Shown: positions 36,052 through 50,250 of the stretch, piece by piece | Layout of the letters: each line of letters opens with the position of its first letter | Position numbering within the stretch: position 1 is the first letter of the stretch | DNA from: Octopus bimaculoides | Lineage: Eukaryota | NCBI RefSeq assembly: GCF_001194135.2 | Contig: NC_068986.1 | Coordinates: 100,871,818 to 100,935,817, forward strand | DNA: 64,000 nucleotides | Direction: 5' to 3' | Translations under genes and position numbers: made by a program | Notes under the pieces: model-generated | Seen by the model: the letters and a program-made list of their open reading frames with translations, nothing else | The model's database searches: none | Told to the model about the DNA's origin: nothing

Positions 36052-37949
36052 ATTACTATTACATTATTTTTATAATTATGTTATTTTCGTAATCAATTAT
36101 TTATTTTATTATTATTATTGTTTGCCTGTATTTCTAAGAATTATATCATTATTTATAATTTCTTTTGTCGGATTGCTTTGGTGATTGAGTAACAATGAAG
36201 GTTTTGCAATTTTTATTACAGTGGTTACAACAGGCATTGCTACAGGGACTACTTCTATTAAGAGTACTACAAATACGACGAATACTTGTACTATTCCCGG
36301 TACAGCCCCTTCAACCTATTGTTTCTACGTTGTAGTTATGATCCTGTAACTTCTCATTTTATTAATAAGATTCTGATTCTTCGTACCTGTACTATGCCGT
36401 AACCTCCCACAAGTACAGAGATGAAAGAAAATGAACAAAAGAGGGCAACTACAAATATTAATCATATATTCAAACCGAATGCCAAAACAGACAACCTAGA
36501 ATAGGTCTCGTGTTATTACAACCTCAATAAAAAACCTACACAGAAAGTGGAATGAAGGAAAATACGAACACCTATGGCGTATATAAACTGACCAGCGAGC
36601 AGGTTTCTAGTTGCAGTTGAAGTGTACCAGTGAGCAGTGTCTAGTGACCAGGACACGGACAGTGCGGCAAACATTTTAAGACCGAATAGTGGATGGCTTG
36701 GAGAAGTTAAATGTTTGGTTTTGAATGGCTAATACGAATCTTCTACACTGTAATGTTTTAATTTCAACACGCGGTCTCATATCAAATTATTTTAGAGACG
36801 ATTACAACTCCATAAGCAATCCTACAAAACGAAAATGAAATGAAATGTTGAAACTATTATTGGCCACGATTTAAGCTATGACATATTTTCTTAGCGGCAA
36901 ACATGCATCAATACATACACAAAATTGAATCCCTGCATAGATATACGCACAGTCACAAACACATATAAACATACCTGCCCGTATAGTCAAGTCTGCTTAT
37001 CTATCATTTTTCTGATGCATAATATACATATATTTCCCGCGTATATGTATTTGCACACCTATATGCCCACCCAACTATACGTAATCATTTATTAATGTTT
37101 GTGCGTTAGAGCCTTCTTTATTCGATACGTGATGTGGACGTAATAGATCTAGAAGTTTTTTTTGCTTTTCTTTTTTAAACAGCAAGCAACAAAATCAACA
37201 TTTCCCTGTCTCTGTTGGAAGCAATTCAGTAAATAGAAATACTGTCAGAAAAAAAAAGAAAAAATGTTAATGCAGGAATTCGATGAGTCGTATGCAAACA
37301 ATTTTCATTTACTGAGTGGTATATTTCCAGGCAGTGGCATGATATCTTCTAGGTAATGTTAAAATAATGACAGCTCAACCAATCCCTTTCTGACATAGAT
37401 GCAAGCATACATACATACATACATACATACATATACATTTAATACGTTAAGGCCAAAGTATATTTCAGGGCTTCAGCTCATCAGCATTTCATGCAGGTAC
37501 TTGGCAATCGTAGTGTTTGAATGACCGAAAGGAGATTAGTTATACTTGAGTTAATTTATAGTTAATTTATAATCCAAAGTGTTTCTTTCCAATGAGTATG
37601 TTATGACCATCACAGTGTGAATAATGATTATTTTGTGGTGAATATTAGGGGAATCGACTCACTACTACATAACGTCTCCGTGAATGAACATCATTTGTTT
37701 CTTATATGATACACAATTACGCAAATATATGTAACTTATATAATAACACATAATGCTCTGAGTTGTGTCTTTCAACAAGACACTTTATGTCACATTGCTC
37801 CAATCAAATCTTCTGCCAAAACTGAGCAGTGCCTGTATTTCAAAGGACCATCCTTATCATGGTGTTCCATTCACCGGAAGATTCAAATTCATCTGCACGC
37901 ATCTATTTCAATTGAATCAAGTGAATCAAGTGAATCATTATGGCGGACA

Positions 37950-38190
37950 GACAAGATTTGCAAAATTCTGAATGTATTGCACAAGAGCTTGTTAGGAATA
38001 TCCTTAAAATCAATTGGCGTGACACATCACAGAGACACGTCAGTAAACTGCATGGCTCACGTCTATACGAAGGGAGTGCTTATCCAAGTTTTGCGTTTAT
38101 CATTCGAGAGTTGAAGGCTTCAGGAGGGGATAAGATGAGAAACAGTCCTATGAACACGTGGCTAAAAAAACATTGGGGAAACATTGACTA
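37950..38190 (+). mobile_element. Decayed RTE-like LINE C-terminal remnant
   Basis: LVRNILKINWRD (like R.IL.I.W.D), MAHVY (like WLGHV) in another frame, and ELK.SGG.KMRNSPMNTW (like G.R.RGRP..TW). Confidence 0.45.
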
Positions 38191-40574
38191 ATATATGTTT
38201 CCCTTGCTCGATTAACATGAATGTTCGATCGGAAATCGTTTCAAATGGAAACTAGGAGTTTGAAAGTTAAATAATAAACGACACGGTAATCCCTTTCATA
38301 TGTTAAACGTCTCGCGGGAACTCACTTGCCTATTGAATAAGTCCTACAGCTTTGTGCATAGGTACATATGTTTGAAAGAGTACTTCCATATATGTTTGAT
38401 ACCGTGTATGCATATGTGTATTTGCGAGAGCATGCGACAGACATGATATGCAGAAATATTATTAAACTTAGATTTCTGAGTATGAGCTTCTATTAGAAAA
38501 ACAACACCCATTATAGAACTTATAGAGCTCACTACAGACGTTGCCGTGTCCATTTCTCTTCACGCTATTTAGATTATTACCTCTTTCCGAAATTCAAAGG
38601 ATAATTGTGTTTGTTTTTTTTTTATATTTGTTCAAAGAAGGATCGTGCCATATTTCATATAAAAAATCACTTTTGATGTAATTTCTCATATTATTTAATA
38701 TTCTTTGAAACGCTTTCAACACAACCAGTTTGTATTTCATAGACGTATAATTCATAACAAAGAAAACGTCTCTAAAAAGCCACCATTTCAAAAGCTAAAA
38801 ACAATTCGCCTCAGTTTATTGATTTATTTTATGTTTTTACAAAACATTTCAACAACTTTTATTCAATATACATACATATATGAAGGAAACTCACCTATGT
38901 CTAAAAAGTTAGCGTATGTATACTTGTACAATGCGCCATATATGTATGTATATGTGTTTGGGTATACGTCTGTATACCCAAACACGTGCATATGTATAAA
39001 TACGTATGCGCACATATAGTTATAAGTATCTGCTTCTTGTATACTTGTATGTGCGTGATTACGTGTGAGATTATGTTTATACATTTATAGTTTATAACAT
39101 AATGCTGATATATTAGATTTTGAAGTGAAGTGTATATGTGAGAGTATGCATATATATATATATATATATACATTTCTAGAAATAAGCTATTATATGTATA
39201 TATGTATGAATAAAGAACCAAGCTACGATTTATATTGATAGCGTGATATTGAGCAAAAACGGAAGAAATTTGTTTTCGTAAATTTCATTTTTTGAAACCT
39301 ATTTAGTAAATGGATATGGTATATAATCCCTAATTGGGTGAATAAACATTTTATCCATAATCAATTTGAGTGCATTTTATACGTACATAAAATGCATGTG
39401 ACACAACAATTTATACACACACACACACATAACATATATGTTTACACACATATATATAAATGTATATATGCCTATATACATAATACACCCCCCCACACAT
39501 ATATATATATATATATATATGTATATACACACGCATACATATGCACGTAGGCACGTGTGTGCGCGCGCGCGTATGCGCGTGTGTGTGTCTCGCTGTCTGT
39601 GTATGTGTCTGTGTGTATATATGATTCTATGTACCATAGTTAAGATAAGTGCACTAGAAATAACGTTTTTTTAAGCAAAATTCTCAAGCATTCAGCACTA
39701 AAGCATGAACAAATCTTACTTAATGTAAGGTTAACTAAGGATAAAATGGAAACCTACTGTGATCCCTCAAACACTGAGAGTCATAACAGTCTAAAATATA
39801 AATAAAACAATTTTCAGAATCGTCATAATTAGCAGTATATCATCAATGCTATGTATATACAATATAAAGTGTTTATTTATGCTTCTAGACATATGTACCT
39901 AACAATTCCTTATCCAGTATGATTTTAAGGCGATTTAGTGTAATTTCAAGAAACTTTTCTCTATTATAACAGATTATAGAATTCTAAGTTTAACTATACG
40001 TCATGTATGTTTTTGCATGTATGTGGTGTTTATAGTTGCATTTTCTATATCTTTTTATATCACTATGTGAGAAAAGTTTTGGAAGGCAAAATTATCGATT
40101 ATGTGAAACGAATTCATAGCCGCGATTTTTGATGGGGGGGGGGGAGAGAAGATGATTAAAAGTAACACATTCAATGACGGACATGTATCTCCACAAATAT
40201 ATACAGCTTTCTTTCATTAGGTCAAAACATATCCCGTTCAAGCACATATAATGAGCACTGAAGCAGTTTCACTGACAGAGCAGGAGTAGTTGCTAATGTG
40301 TCTTGCCACGGTTTAACTGAGGGAATAATTGACGCAGGAGGAAATATGCTTAGCTAAAATCACCCGAGCAATTGCAAAATGAGCAGAATGTTATATATAT
40401 NNNNNNNNNNNNNNNNNNNNNNNNNNNNNNNNNNNNNNNNNNNNNNNNNNNNNNNNNNNNNNNNNNNNNNNNNNNNNNNNNNNNNNNNNNNNNNNNNNNN
40501 NNNNNNNNNNNNNNNNNNNNNNNNNNNNNNNNNNNNNNNNNNNNNNNNNNNNNNNNNNNNNNNNNNNNNNNNNN

Positions 40575-40915
40575 GAATCGAACTCGGAATCTTGGGGTTA
40601 GTAACCCGCGCTCTTACCTACTATGCCATATGCCCGTGGGTTAAGAGCGCGTGATACTAACCCCAAGATTCCGAGTTCGATTCTCGGCAGCGACCTGATT
40701 AATAATGGTAATAATAATAATAATATAATAATAGTAACATCGTTAGGAATGAGAACCCAGGTTCAAAATTTCCCCAAGACACTTGACGGAGGCTGGAGGG
40801 TATATCAGCCGAAACGTTGTGTTAACAACAAACAAGATGAGGACAAACATCCGTCAAATGTAAATAATGTAAATAATGTAAATAATTCTTCATCTCTTAA
40901 ATATAGAACTGTAAT
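40575..40915 (+). mobile_element. Non-autonomous element: tRNA-like palindrome, (AAT)n and a Penelope-type tail
   Basis: 42-bp inverted repeat (40575-40616 vs 40642-40683, 2 mismatches) with B-box-like gagttcgattc. It is followed by (AAT)n, a hammerhead-like motif at 40778-40823 and (aatgtaaat)x3. Confidence 0.7.
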
Positions 40916-41787
40916 AAGCAACACATCAATGCCACAAGCTTAATTCATTAAAATCTTAGCACATTAAATTAGTCAGATCCATGTTTCATATTTTCTGTCG
41001 TTAATCATACCAATATATTTATCGTGACTATAATACTTTTGTCGTAACTTAATCTTTTGATAAAAATAAATAAGTATTCTACGTGTTTTCGTTTTTCATA
41101 ATTCTATACCTAGCTTTGCACCACCACGCGTGAGTGAGAATTTACGATTTTCAGGTTTTTATTTATTCTTAAGCTCGCTCTTAAAAATGTGTTTTTCAAA
41201 GGAAAAAAAAAAGGGGGGGGTTACAATTAGGAAAATATTTACCTTTTACTTTCGTCAAATAATTTACAAGATATGTCCGTCTGGTGAAACGTCACTGGAT
41301 TCAAACAGTATTTTAAAAAAAAATTTTGAAAAAACTTTGGTATTTAATGATGAAGAAACAGCTGTAACTAGAGTTGTCATCTGTTTGTATAGAAATAATA
41401 AAATTGAATTGAATTTATATAATGTACCTGTATAGGCGTGTCCGCTACTGCAGATCCCACATTTTTCAAAAGTAATTCCAATTCACTTCTAAGTAATTCT
41501 ACAAAGAGACAATATTATTTCGGCCGAAGGATTACTTTGAATGAATGAATTACTAAAATACACCAATATTTACATAACACTGCCAGAGAGTTGTGGAAGC
41601 AAGCTACTGTCATTGAGAAAAATTTGCGCTGCATTCCTAATGACCACCATATGCAAGTCAATATTAAATAAATATATGTGTATCAGTCGGTGTACCCTTC
41701 GTTCAAGGATGAAAACAATAATTCTAAAAATAACATGTGTTACTACATGAATGAGTGGATGTTGCTTATCAATAAACTGATATTGAT

Positions 41788-42003
41788 AATATTTCTACTC
41801 TAAGCACAATGTCCGAAAGTTTTTCGGGAGGGGTCCAGTCGGTTAGATCGACCCCAGTACGCAACTGGTATTAATTTATCGACCTCAAAAGGATGAAAAC
41901 AAAGTCGGCCTTGGCGGAATTTGAACTCAGATTGTAAAGACAGGCGAAATACCGCTAAGCATTTCACCCGGGGGTGCTAACGTTTCTGCCAGCTCGTCGC
42001 CTT
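41788..42003 (-). mobile_element. SINE family A, tail type 1
   Basis: Full head-core-tail colinear with 6490-6697. Confidence 0.9.
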
Positions 42004-43065
42004 AGACTAATAATGGTAATGTAAATACACAATTTAAATCTCAGTTTACATATTGCAACCTGCACTTTTTCATACTCACTTATTTTAACGTTGAAATAGA
42101 TATTGTTGGCAATACATAAATTAGATTATACATGAGTCTGTAAACCTGCCAGTTTCTTTAAGAAAGTAAATGGCGTGCATCCGATACCAAAGACTACAGT
42201 GAATTGCAACTATTTTTTACATCATCGTTGTACACATGAACAAAGTAAAGTTTGACATGAATTTATGTTTTTGTAAACATATGTCATTCATTTCTGAAAC
42301 TGTATCTGTCATTACTTCCAAAAAATATTTGAAGTTCAGAGTTCTTTTATTTTTTCCTGTTATGTCAATTGATTCCATATTCATCAATTCCAGATCGTTG
42401 AAATAAAGACAAACTTGGATTGGAAGTGATGCACTTTTGCTCTCTGAATCTAGGTGGAAAGGAGTGTAACTAAATTTTGCTTAAAATTCAGTATTTCGCT
42501 ATCTTCCACTAACTTTAACAGACAAGCTGAAACATCGAAATATCAACATGAGATCAAATAATGACTTCCATGATTAAGCTACGAATTAATTTAAACTAGA
42601 AGGGAAGATAACTTAATTCAACCATTTATATTCGTAAATTAATTATGCATTTCTGAAGAAAGCTTTGGAAACCATAACCATTTCATAATACCTCTATTAT
42701 CGTTTCTTTCACTTCATTAATATTTCTGATTTATCTTTGAATAATTATGTTCTGATTATACTATACCCATTTGTTTACCACGTAAATGCTATTGAGAGGA
42801 AAGAAAAAAAAGGAACTTTAATCTACTTTATCCACGATAATCACACGTATTGAGTAATATGTGAATGTGACGTTAGAAATTGATGAATTTTGAATTTAAT
42901 TTCTGTGTATTAGTCCTAGTGTTGCAAGTTATATATTTCAATGTTGACGCACCACGGTCTTAAAATACTTTGGTTTCTTTCAATCAAATATATTTGACAA
43001 AACATAGCATCGGCCAGTATACTTTTCTAGTGTTAATCTTAATTTTTAGCATGTAGTTCACTATA

Positions 43066-43300
43066 TTTCTTTCTTTATTGCCCACAGAGAGCTAAACTTA
43101 CAGGGGACAAAACAAGGACAGACAACCGGATTAAATCGATTACATCGACCGCAGTGCGTAACTGGTACTTATTTAATCGACACCGAAATAATGAAAGGTA
43201 AAGTCAATCTCGGCTGAATTTGAACGCAGAAAGTACCGGCAGATGAATTCTGCTAAGCACTTCGTCCAGCGTGCTAACGGATTTGCCAGCTTGCCGCCCT
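43066..43300 (-). mobile_element. SINE family A, tail type 2
   Basis: Colinear with 6881-7109 (gctaaac..aggggacaa..aaggacagaca). Confidence 0.88.
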
Positions 43301-45900
43301 ATTTCATTATATTATTATGCACTTCACTATATATCTTTAATACTGGGCCATACATTTTAAGTAAGTATAAACACCACAGTATGAAGAACAGGTCTAAGAG
43401 ATTAAGAACTATCGAAATTTATTCAAAATTCTGATAATATACTTGTTCAGTTAAAACCATACTTCTTATATTTAAGTGTTTATATGGCTCAAATTGTCAG
43501 CCGCGCTAACAGGCATTGCTAATTGAATTATCTTAGCTATTAATCACACTTTAAAATTGTAATTTACTATTCAGGGCGTTGTGCTCGTGAATCAAGAGTT
43601 AAGAAGTTGACACAAATACAGAATGCAGAATATCAATCGAATAGTTTTGTAATCTGAAGATATTATATATATATATATATATATATTGATAGATAGATAG
43701 ATAGATAGATATACACAAACGCACACATACATACACACACTCTCTCTCTCTCACACACACATATATGAGTTATTCACTAGAATATTTTTTGTAATACAAA
43801 GCATTGATTAGAAACCTCAAAAAATGATGTCGTATTATCAACTGCAAATTAACGGAGCTGTTATCACTAAGCAAAACACCTACATAGTTGTTTCTGCATA
43901 ATAAATACCTGGTCATTTGCCATTTGTCTTTTATATATATATATATGTCATTAAATGTGAGACATTCCAAACGGCAATTAAAATTTTGCACGCAAATTTG
44001 CCTACACGACATAATGTGGATTCAATAAACAGTAAATCGATTTGATTTTTGAAACTGACACAGACTAAATTATCGCAACCTTTGTCCCACATTGTGAATG
44101 TTTCGAATGCAATTTTGTTCGCCATTCTTAGAAAAAATTGCCATTATTTCATGTTTAACATTTTAATTAAAATTCATTTATTTTTAAATCAGTTACTCAA
44201 AAACAAGTGCGGAAAAGTAAAGACAATAGAACATAGGATAATTTGAATTCAAAGAATAATGGAATGAAAGAAATAATTGAGAATTTGTATGATAATAGAT
44301 AGAAATAACTCTAACGAAAATCAGATAAGAAATGTAAAAATGAAAGAAAAAAGCTAATTAAGAAAGACAAAAGAAAAGTAACGAAGTAAAAGTAAAGAAG
44401 GAATTTAAAGAAAGATGAACTAAATAATAGGATTTCCTCGTAGAACACTAACTGTGTAAATTTTATTACTTTATATTTTCTTCACTGCTATTGATTGAAA
44501 TCTTTCTTATACAACACATCTGTTACTTATGTGGCAATTAAAGAACACTGAATCCTTCTATATAGAAAGTCCAAAAGGAAGTGAAAAAGAACAAAACATG
44601 GCGTTTTTGTCACTTCAGACACATTTCGTGTGTCCTTATAACTAACAACGAGTTATGAGTCTCAACGCATAACTCTCAGCTCAAACCTGAGAAGGCAAAG
44701 CGATACAACCACTACAACAACAACAGCTAAATAAAAACAACCAGAAATCGACACTTACAACAAAATTATTGTACCTAATTTTTAAGGTAAGATGAAAATA
44801 TAGTCAGACGAGCAAAGCAAACTTAACGACGGCACAAAGCAACAGACAGGAGAGGAGAATACACTTCGACTGAACAATAATTCTTATTTTAGGAAGTAGT
44901 GTCACTGACCTGCGAATAAAATAAGATCCAATCATTCACAAGAAAAACAAATCTGTAATAAAATTCACGAGTGATATCTAAACGTACGGATCGAGACTGA
45001 ATTTCGGCAACATTCCGAACTGTATCAAAACAACGGTATGATACTAAATATATCGAATTATATTATATTCCTATTACACAATTATACTATATCTAGAGAA
45101 AGAAATTTTCTCCATGACAAAATTCGGTGAATGGTTTCTTTAGAAGTCCGAACTTACTTTTAGCATATTCAAACTGGTATTAGCATTGCAGTTTTACTAT
45201 TATATTAATATTTCAATGATCCATAAAACAAAGCACCACATCTGCTGCATTGTAATATCTATGACGAAGCAGAACACAGGTTTTAACAGGGGAATGGATA
45301 AATATAAGTGATTCATTTTTTTTTAAATATCGGATAATTGGTTTGAATTCTATAAACTTTTATCTGTACAATATTTTGAATAGCAGCAATAATTCATCAT
45401 CCTTTCTTCATCGGTCCAATATGACTTCTAAGACTTTCTTGCTTCACGTCACCTCATGAAATCCTATGGATTATGCAGAACATTTGTGGCTGTAGAAATT
45501 CTCAAAACTCTTTTCTTCCTATTTGTACCCAGATTAGATTGTACTTTAAATTGTTAGCCACAAAAGATGTCAAAATTACCGCAACAACTCACGAAATTAC
45601 CGTTCAGCTACACAGGCGAAAAGGGGGTTTGATCGTGTTTGAAAACCCGAACAAAGAGAAGAGCTTAAGAATGGGTGGGAGTCTTCATGCACTCATTATC
45701 TTCAAAACGACGCAAGAGTATCTTCCGATGAGATATGGTATTGTATGGTGTTTAACAAAGCAATTACCACATTTTGTGGCAATATCTTAAAGTTATTACA
45801 TTGCAGGATTTTAGAAAACTCGTGCAAAGTTTCCTGAGAAGTATTAAGCCAAGACTAGTGTGAGTAACCCCTCATTTTTGTTCCTCTTCCTGCAAAGGAA

Positions 45901-46480
45901 ATGCTAATAACTGATTGTACAAATGGTCGTGTTATGGGGGATGGAAGCGCAAGGATTTGCTTAAAGATCTCAAGTCACTACGTCTGGATGCAGTAGCCAT
46001 TAGAGAAAAACGAATTTCCGAAACGAAATCGCTTTCTCTTCTAGAAGACTACAATATTTATCCCTTATTCGGTCGGCGGTTCTGTTTGGAGTAGGCTTAG
46101 ACGTACAGACTAGTACGAACTACGTACATTGGTGCAGGAAATGGGTGGTCTATGACGTGAGAAGCATTGAAAGTGACGGTGTTATCCAATAAGAGCAGGT
46201 CTTCTGATACACGCACAGACATGTACGAAACATAAGGCATATATCTTGAGAAATATTTGCATCGAGTAGTCGACACTTTGTAACAGTCTGAGTTTCGAAA
46301 TATCGATGATTTTGCTAGAATTTAATACAAACGTTGCTTCAATGCCAATGGATATTCCTTGACAAGAAAAGAACGGCTGAATCCCTAAGGGTATTCGGGT
46401 TTATTCTTGTAGACGTCTCGCTTTTAGTAGTGCTTGGGGACCGGAATATGACATGATACACTCTCATGAAGCTTGCTTGA
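45901..46480 (+). mobile_element. Degenerate Tx1/L1-like LINE, APE endonuclease N-terminus
   Basis: MLITDCTNGR (like IG..N.RG), then LLKDLKSLRLDAVAIREKRISE...LLEDYNIY, and LVVLGDRN (like LV.VGDWN) near 46425. Frameshifted. Confidence 0.6.
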
Positions 46481-47284
46481 ACATACTAGTGGCGTATATA
46501 TGAGAAAGTTTGAACCAGCGCGTTAGTTAGGCCTATTTTTCTAGTTGTCATGCGACACTGTTCAACTTGGGCGAAACTAGTAGATAGCCAGGAACGAGAA
46601 AAAAACTGCATTCAACGAGAATATTCTAAATGGGAGAATATTCCCAGTTCTTGTACAATAATGTGTTTCTTTCTTTTTCTTTTTTCATGAACGATTAAGT
46701 AGAAATCTAAACCGTTTAGAGAGCGGTCGATATAATCTCATCACAATCGACGCAGTTGTATCAAATACTGAAATAATTGCTGTTATTGTTGTAAAAATAT
46801 GAATAAAAAAGATAACATTAATGATGTAAATGACGTGTGATATCATTGTATTTGCTTTAATTTTCTCAGTTATTGTGATGCAACTATGAGAAGAGTATCA
46901 TTATCAGCAATTTCCTGTTGCGACTCTGATCTATAATTTGATTTCTATCGGAAAACATGCAGAAAATTAAAATTCTATTAACTGCAAAAACTATAATGCA
47001 TAAACATGTTTAACTTTCTTCTCTTTGTATCATTTATTTATTAATTTGTTTCTTTGCTGTCTAGAATCCATTTTTGTTTGTATTTGCTGTGAAGCAATGT
47101 CATGTCTAAGCAACTACACAATTTATTTATAAGATGACAAGTTCACATTTAGTTTTTTTTCAATATGAAGTGCAATTAATTTTTCGTAATTGTTGACAAG
47201 TTAGAATATTTGACAATCACGTATCATGATATAAAAAAAAAGAAATATGACATAAATAAAATAACATAAAAAATCATTTGTAAC

Positions 47285-47415
47285 ATCAAATATACATACA
47301 CATACATACATAAAATACAGACAGACGTATATACATACATACAGTACATACAGACAGACGTATAAACAAACATACATTACATACAGACAGACGTATATAC
47401 AAGTATACATACATA
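47285..47415. repeat. Degenerate tandem repeat built on acagacagacgtata, x3
   Basis: Three copies at roughly 23-28 bp spacing, embedded in (CATA)n. Confidence 0.8.
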
Positions 47416-48584
47416 TATCCATACATAAATGTACATGCATACGTGTGTGTGTTCGTGTGTGTATGTGTACTGTAGCACTTAACTGCTGGTAGATTTAACT
47501 ATTGTAGTAAATGCCTCGTATAGCTTCATACATGATATTTTGCGTTGTGTTCAAATGCAGTTTCTATAATGTCTTTAATTGCATTTATCATTTTAAAGGA
47601 TATATGATATAATGGCTGTGTATATTGCAACAGTTTATACGTTTTACTTTTTTCCATTCATTATTTCATCATGACTGCGAACATGAATTTATAAAGGGAA
47701 ATTTTGACAGGTATTTTTTTCATTTAACGAAAATAAATGCTAATACCACATAACGTTTTCAATTTTTAGATTGTATGGCTCACTCTCTTTTAGTTCCCCT
47801 TTCTCACACTCTCTTTCTGTCACTATCAGACTGTCACGTTCTCTCTCTCTCCTTCTCTATCTGTGTATAAGTAAGCCTCTGTGTGTGTTTGTGTACATTA
47901 GTAAGTGTTTTTTCTGTAAGTCAGTGTTTGCGTTCTTTATATGCATGGATACATGTATACATGCACACTCTGACACACGAATGCATACACACATATTGAT
48001 ATGCACATTGAATGTGAAGAAGTCTGGAAGAGTAAGATGTATGTTCACATTGTTTATTAATGGTAAATATTGTCGATGCTATACAATTGTAAATTGAAAC
48101 AGATATTATTCTATATGTGTGGTTCAAGTTGTCTATCAAATTTTAGTTATACATTTATTTAGTTCCAAACAGATTGGGTTATATTTCTATAACTGCTGGA
48201 ATGAGATATTAGTCATATACAATATCAAATACTCGTACTGGTTAAGATGCTTGTTTAAAGAGAAGCCTCTAGATGGGAAATATAGAGAGATTGTTGGTCT
48301 TCATTTGAATATATTTCAGATGCTATTATTTCATAATGATTCCTACAATATATAGTTGCCGATGATTTTCTTACTGGTGTTATCGTTGATAAAACAAATG
48401 CATTTATTTCAGACAAATCTTTCGAGAGATAGCAAGGTTACTTTTCTCTCTCACTTTCAAACTCCGTTTCATTTCTCTCCGTCTTTAAAACACATACTCA
48501 AATATCTCCATAAATTTCTTCATATTTTTGAAATGCTCTAAGGAAGTCTTAAATAAATCATACATATTATATATTACGGGTTCA

Positions 48585-49190
48585 ACTCATTCAATTTGAA
48601 TTTCTCGCATTCCTTGTTAACCACTCCGGCATAGGAGACGAACACTTCATCATCATTTGTGACCGAATTTAAATATTACTAGCGAATATTGAACAGGGAA
48701 CTTCTGTCACTGAAAAATTTCAACAAAAGAAATATCACCTGGCTTCTTCAGCAGAATATAATTACTATATTATTCTTGTTCGGCAGAGAATAACACACTT
48801 AAAAGAAATTGTACTCCTTTTTTCTCGTCGGATCAACTTTTACACTATTCTTTAAAAATTTCTGAGTATATACGAAAATATGCAGAGAAAGTAGTACCTT
48901 CTCCTGGTTAAAAGCTGAATTCTTCAATTGAGTTTGCTTCGCTGTATGGCGAGTACGGATCTGAAGTATTTCCGGACTCCTTCCACATTCATTCCAGCAA
49001 CTGTTGGCATTGTTTTTGTCGATCCTGTACTCGCTGCTGCTGTAATTACTGTTGTTGCCGCTGTTGATCTTGCAACTGCACCACGGAGGCCAATAGGTCT
49101 TCCATGGCAAAACGAATTCTTTCGTTTCGCTCAAAATAAAAAAAAAAAAATTCTAAACATCCAACGCAAACTTGGAACAACTCGCCGCCA
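48585..49190 (-). mobile_element. Ty3/Gypsy (Mag/K02A2.6-like) PBS and degenerate gag
   Basis: MEDLLASVVQLQDQQRQQQ*...ANSIEEFSF*PGEGTTFSAYFRIYSEIFKE*CKS*SDEKK...YSNYIL.KKPGDISF / LFNIR**YLNSVTNDDEVFVSYAGVVNKECEKFKLNEL. PBS-like tggcggcgag at 49181-49190 resembles TGGCGACGAG. Confidence 0.85.
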
Positions 49191-49202
49191 CTTTCATATC
49201 AT

Positions 49203-49366
49203 TGTTATTGGATATATATAATATAACGAAGCAGGGGGGACGAAAATATATACACGACTCCCTACCAATACTATTACACGTGGCTCAACGCTCTATATCG
49301 AAGGCTCACAGAGAATTCCTTATCGACCTAAAGTGCCAATCGCTCACAATTCATTTAATTATAACA
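49203..49366 (-). mobile_element. Probable 5' LTR of the Mag-like element
   Basis: On the minus strand it starts TGTTAT and ends ATAACA (6-bp inverted termini), 12 bp upstream of the PBS. Confidence 0.6.
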
Positions 49367-49820
49367 TTAAGTCAGTCCAACTTAAATCACTTGAGGGAGG
49401 TTTGAATTCTTTCACAGGGATTGCATCCATCCCTTCAAGCAAGTGTTTTCTGCTATAGTGTCGAGCTGTTTATGCTCCAGTAATCTATCGGTTTTGCGAA
49501 AGCGACTGATAGAATATCAGCCTTGGAAACGTCCGAACGACACTCGTAAATGCTCATATACTCCTCTCCGCACAGTTTCTGCAACTTTCGTAAGCCTCTG
49601 AGCAGGTAACTGCAAAACAACATTCTCTGTCATGGTCAATGTAACAATCAGACGCTACACACCTTTCTACCAAGCACTGCTGGAAACAGCAGAAGTCAGC
49701 TAGAGTCTTAAAACATAGTGCACATGCGCAGCAGAGTACACGTTCAATCTTTGTCAAGCAGCTTCACCTGCTCGCTTTAGATCCGTTACTGTGGCAACAA
49801 TCCAGATACTTCTTGACCTC

Positions 49821-49869
<49 letters not shown>

Positions 49870-50022
49870 CATACAGTTATTTCTTGAAAAGTTTTATAAA
49901 TATATTTACTGTTTATAAATTTGTACAGTAAAATGAATTCACTAACACTTCAAGCCATGGCTAAATTTCTGTATATCAAACATAAAAAAAAACAAAATAG
50001 TATAAATACATACATGCGTACA

Positions 50023-50250
<228 letters not shown>

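Noticed and set aside
40640-40700. tRNA-Ser(ACT)-like gene
   Set aside because: It has no acceptor stem or intact D-arm and is part of a palindromic repeat element, so it is not called as a tRNA.
49516-49535. CTGATAGA...GAAACGTC hammerhead-like string
   Set aside because: The core spacing is wrong and stems I and II cannot form.
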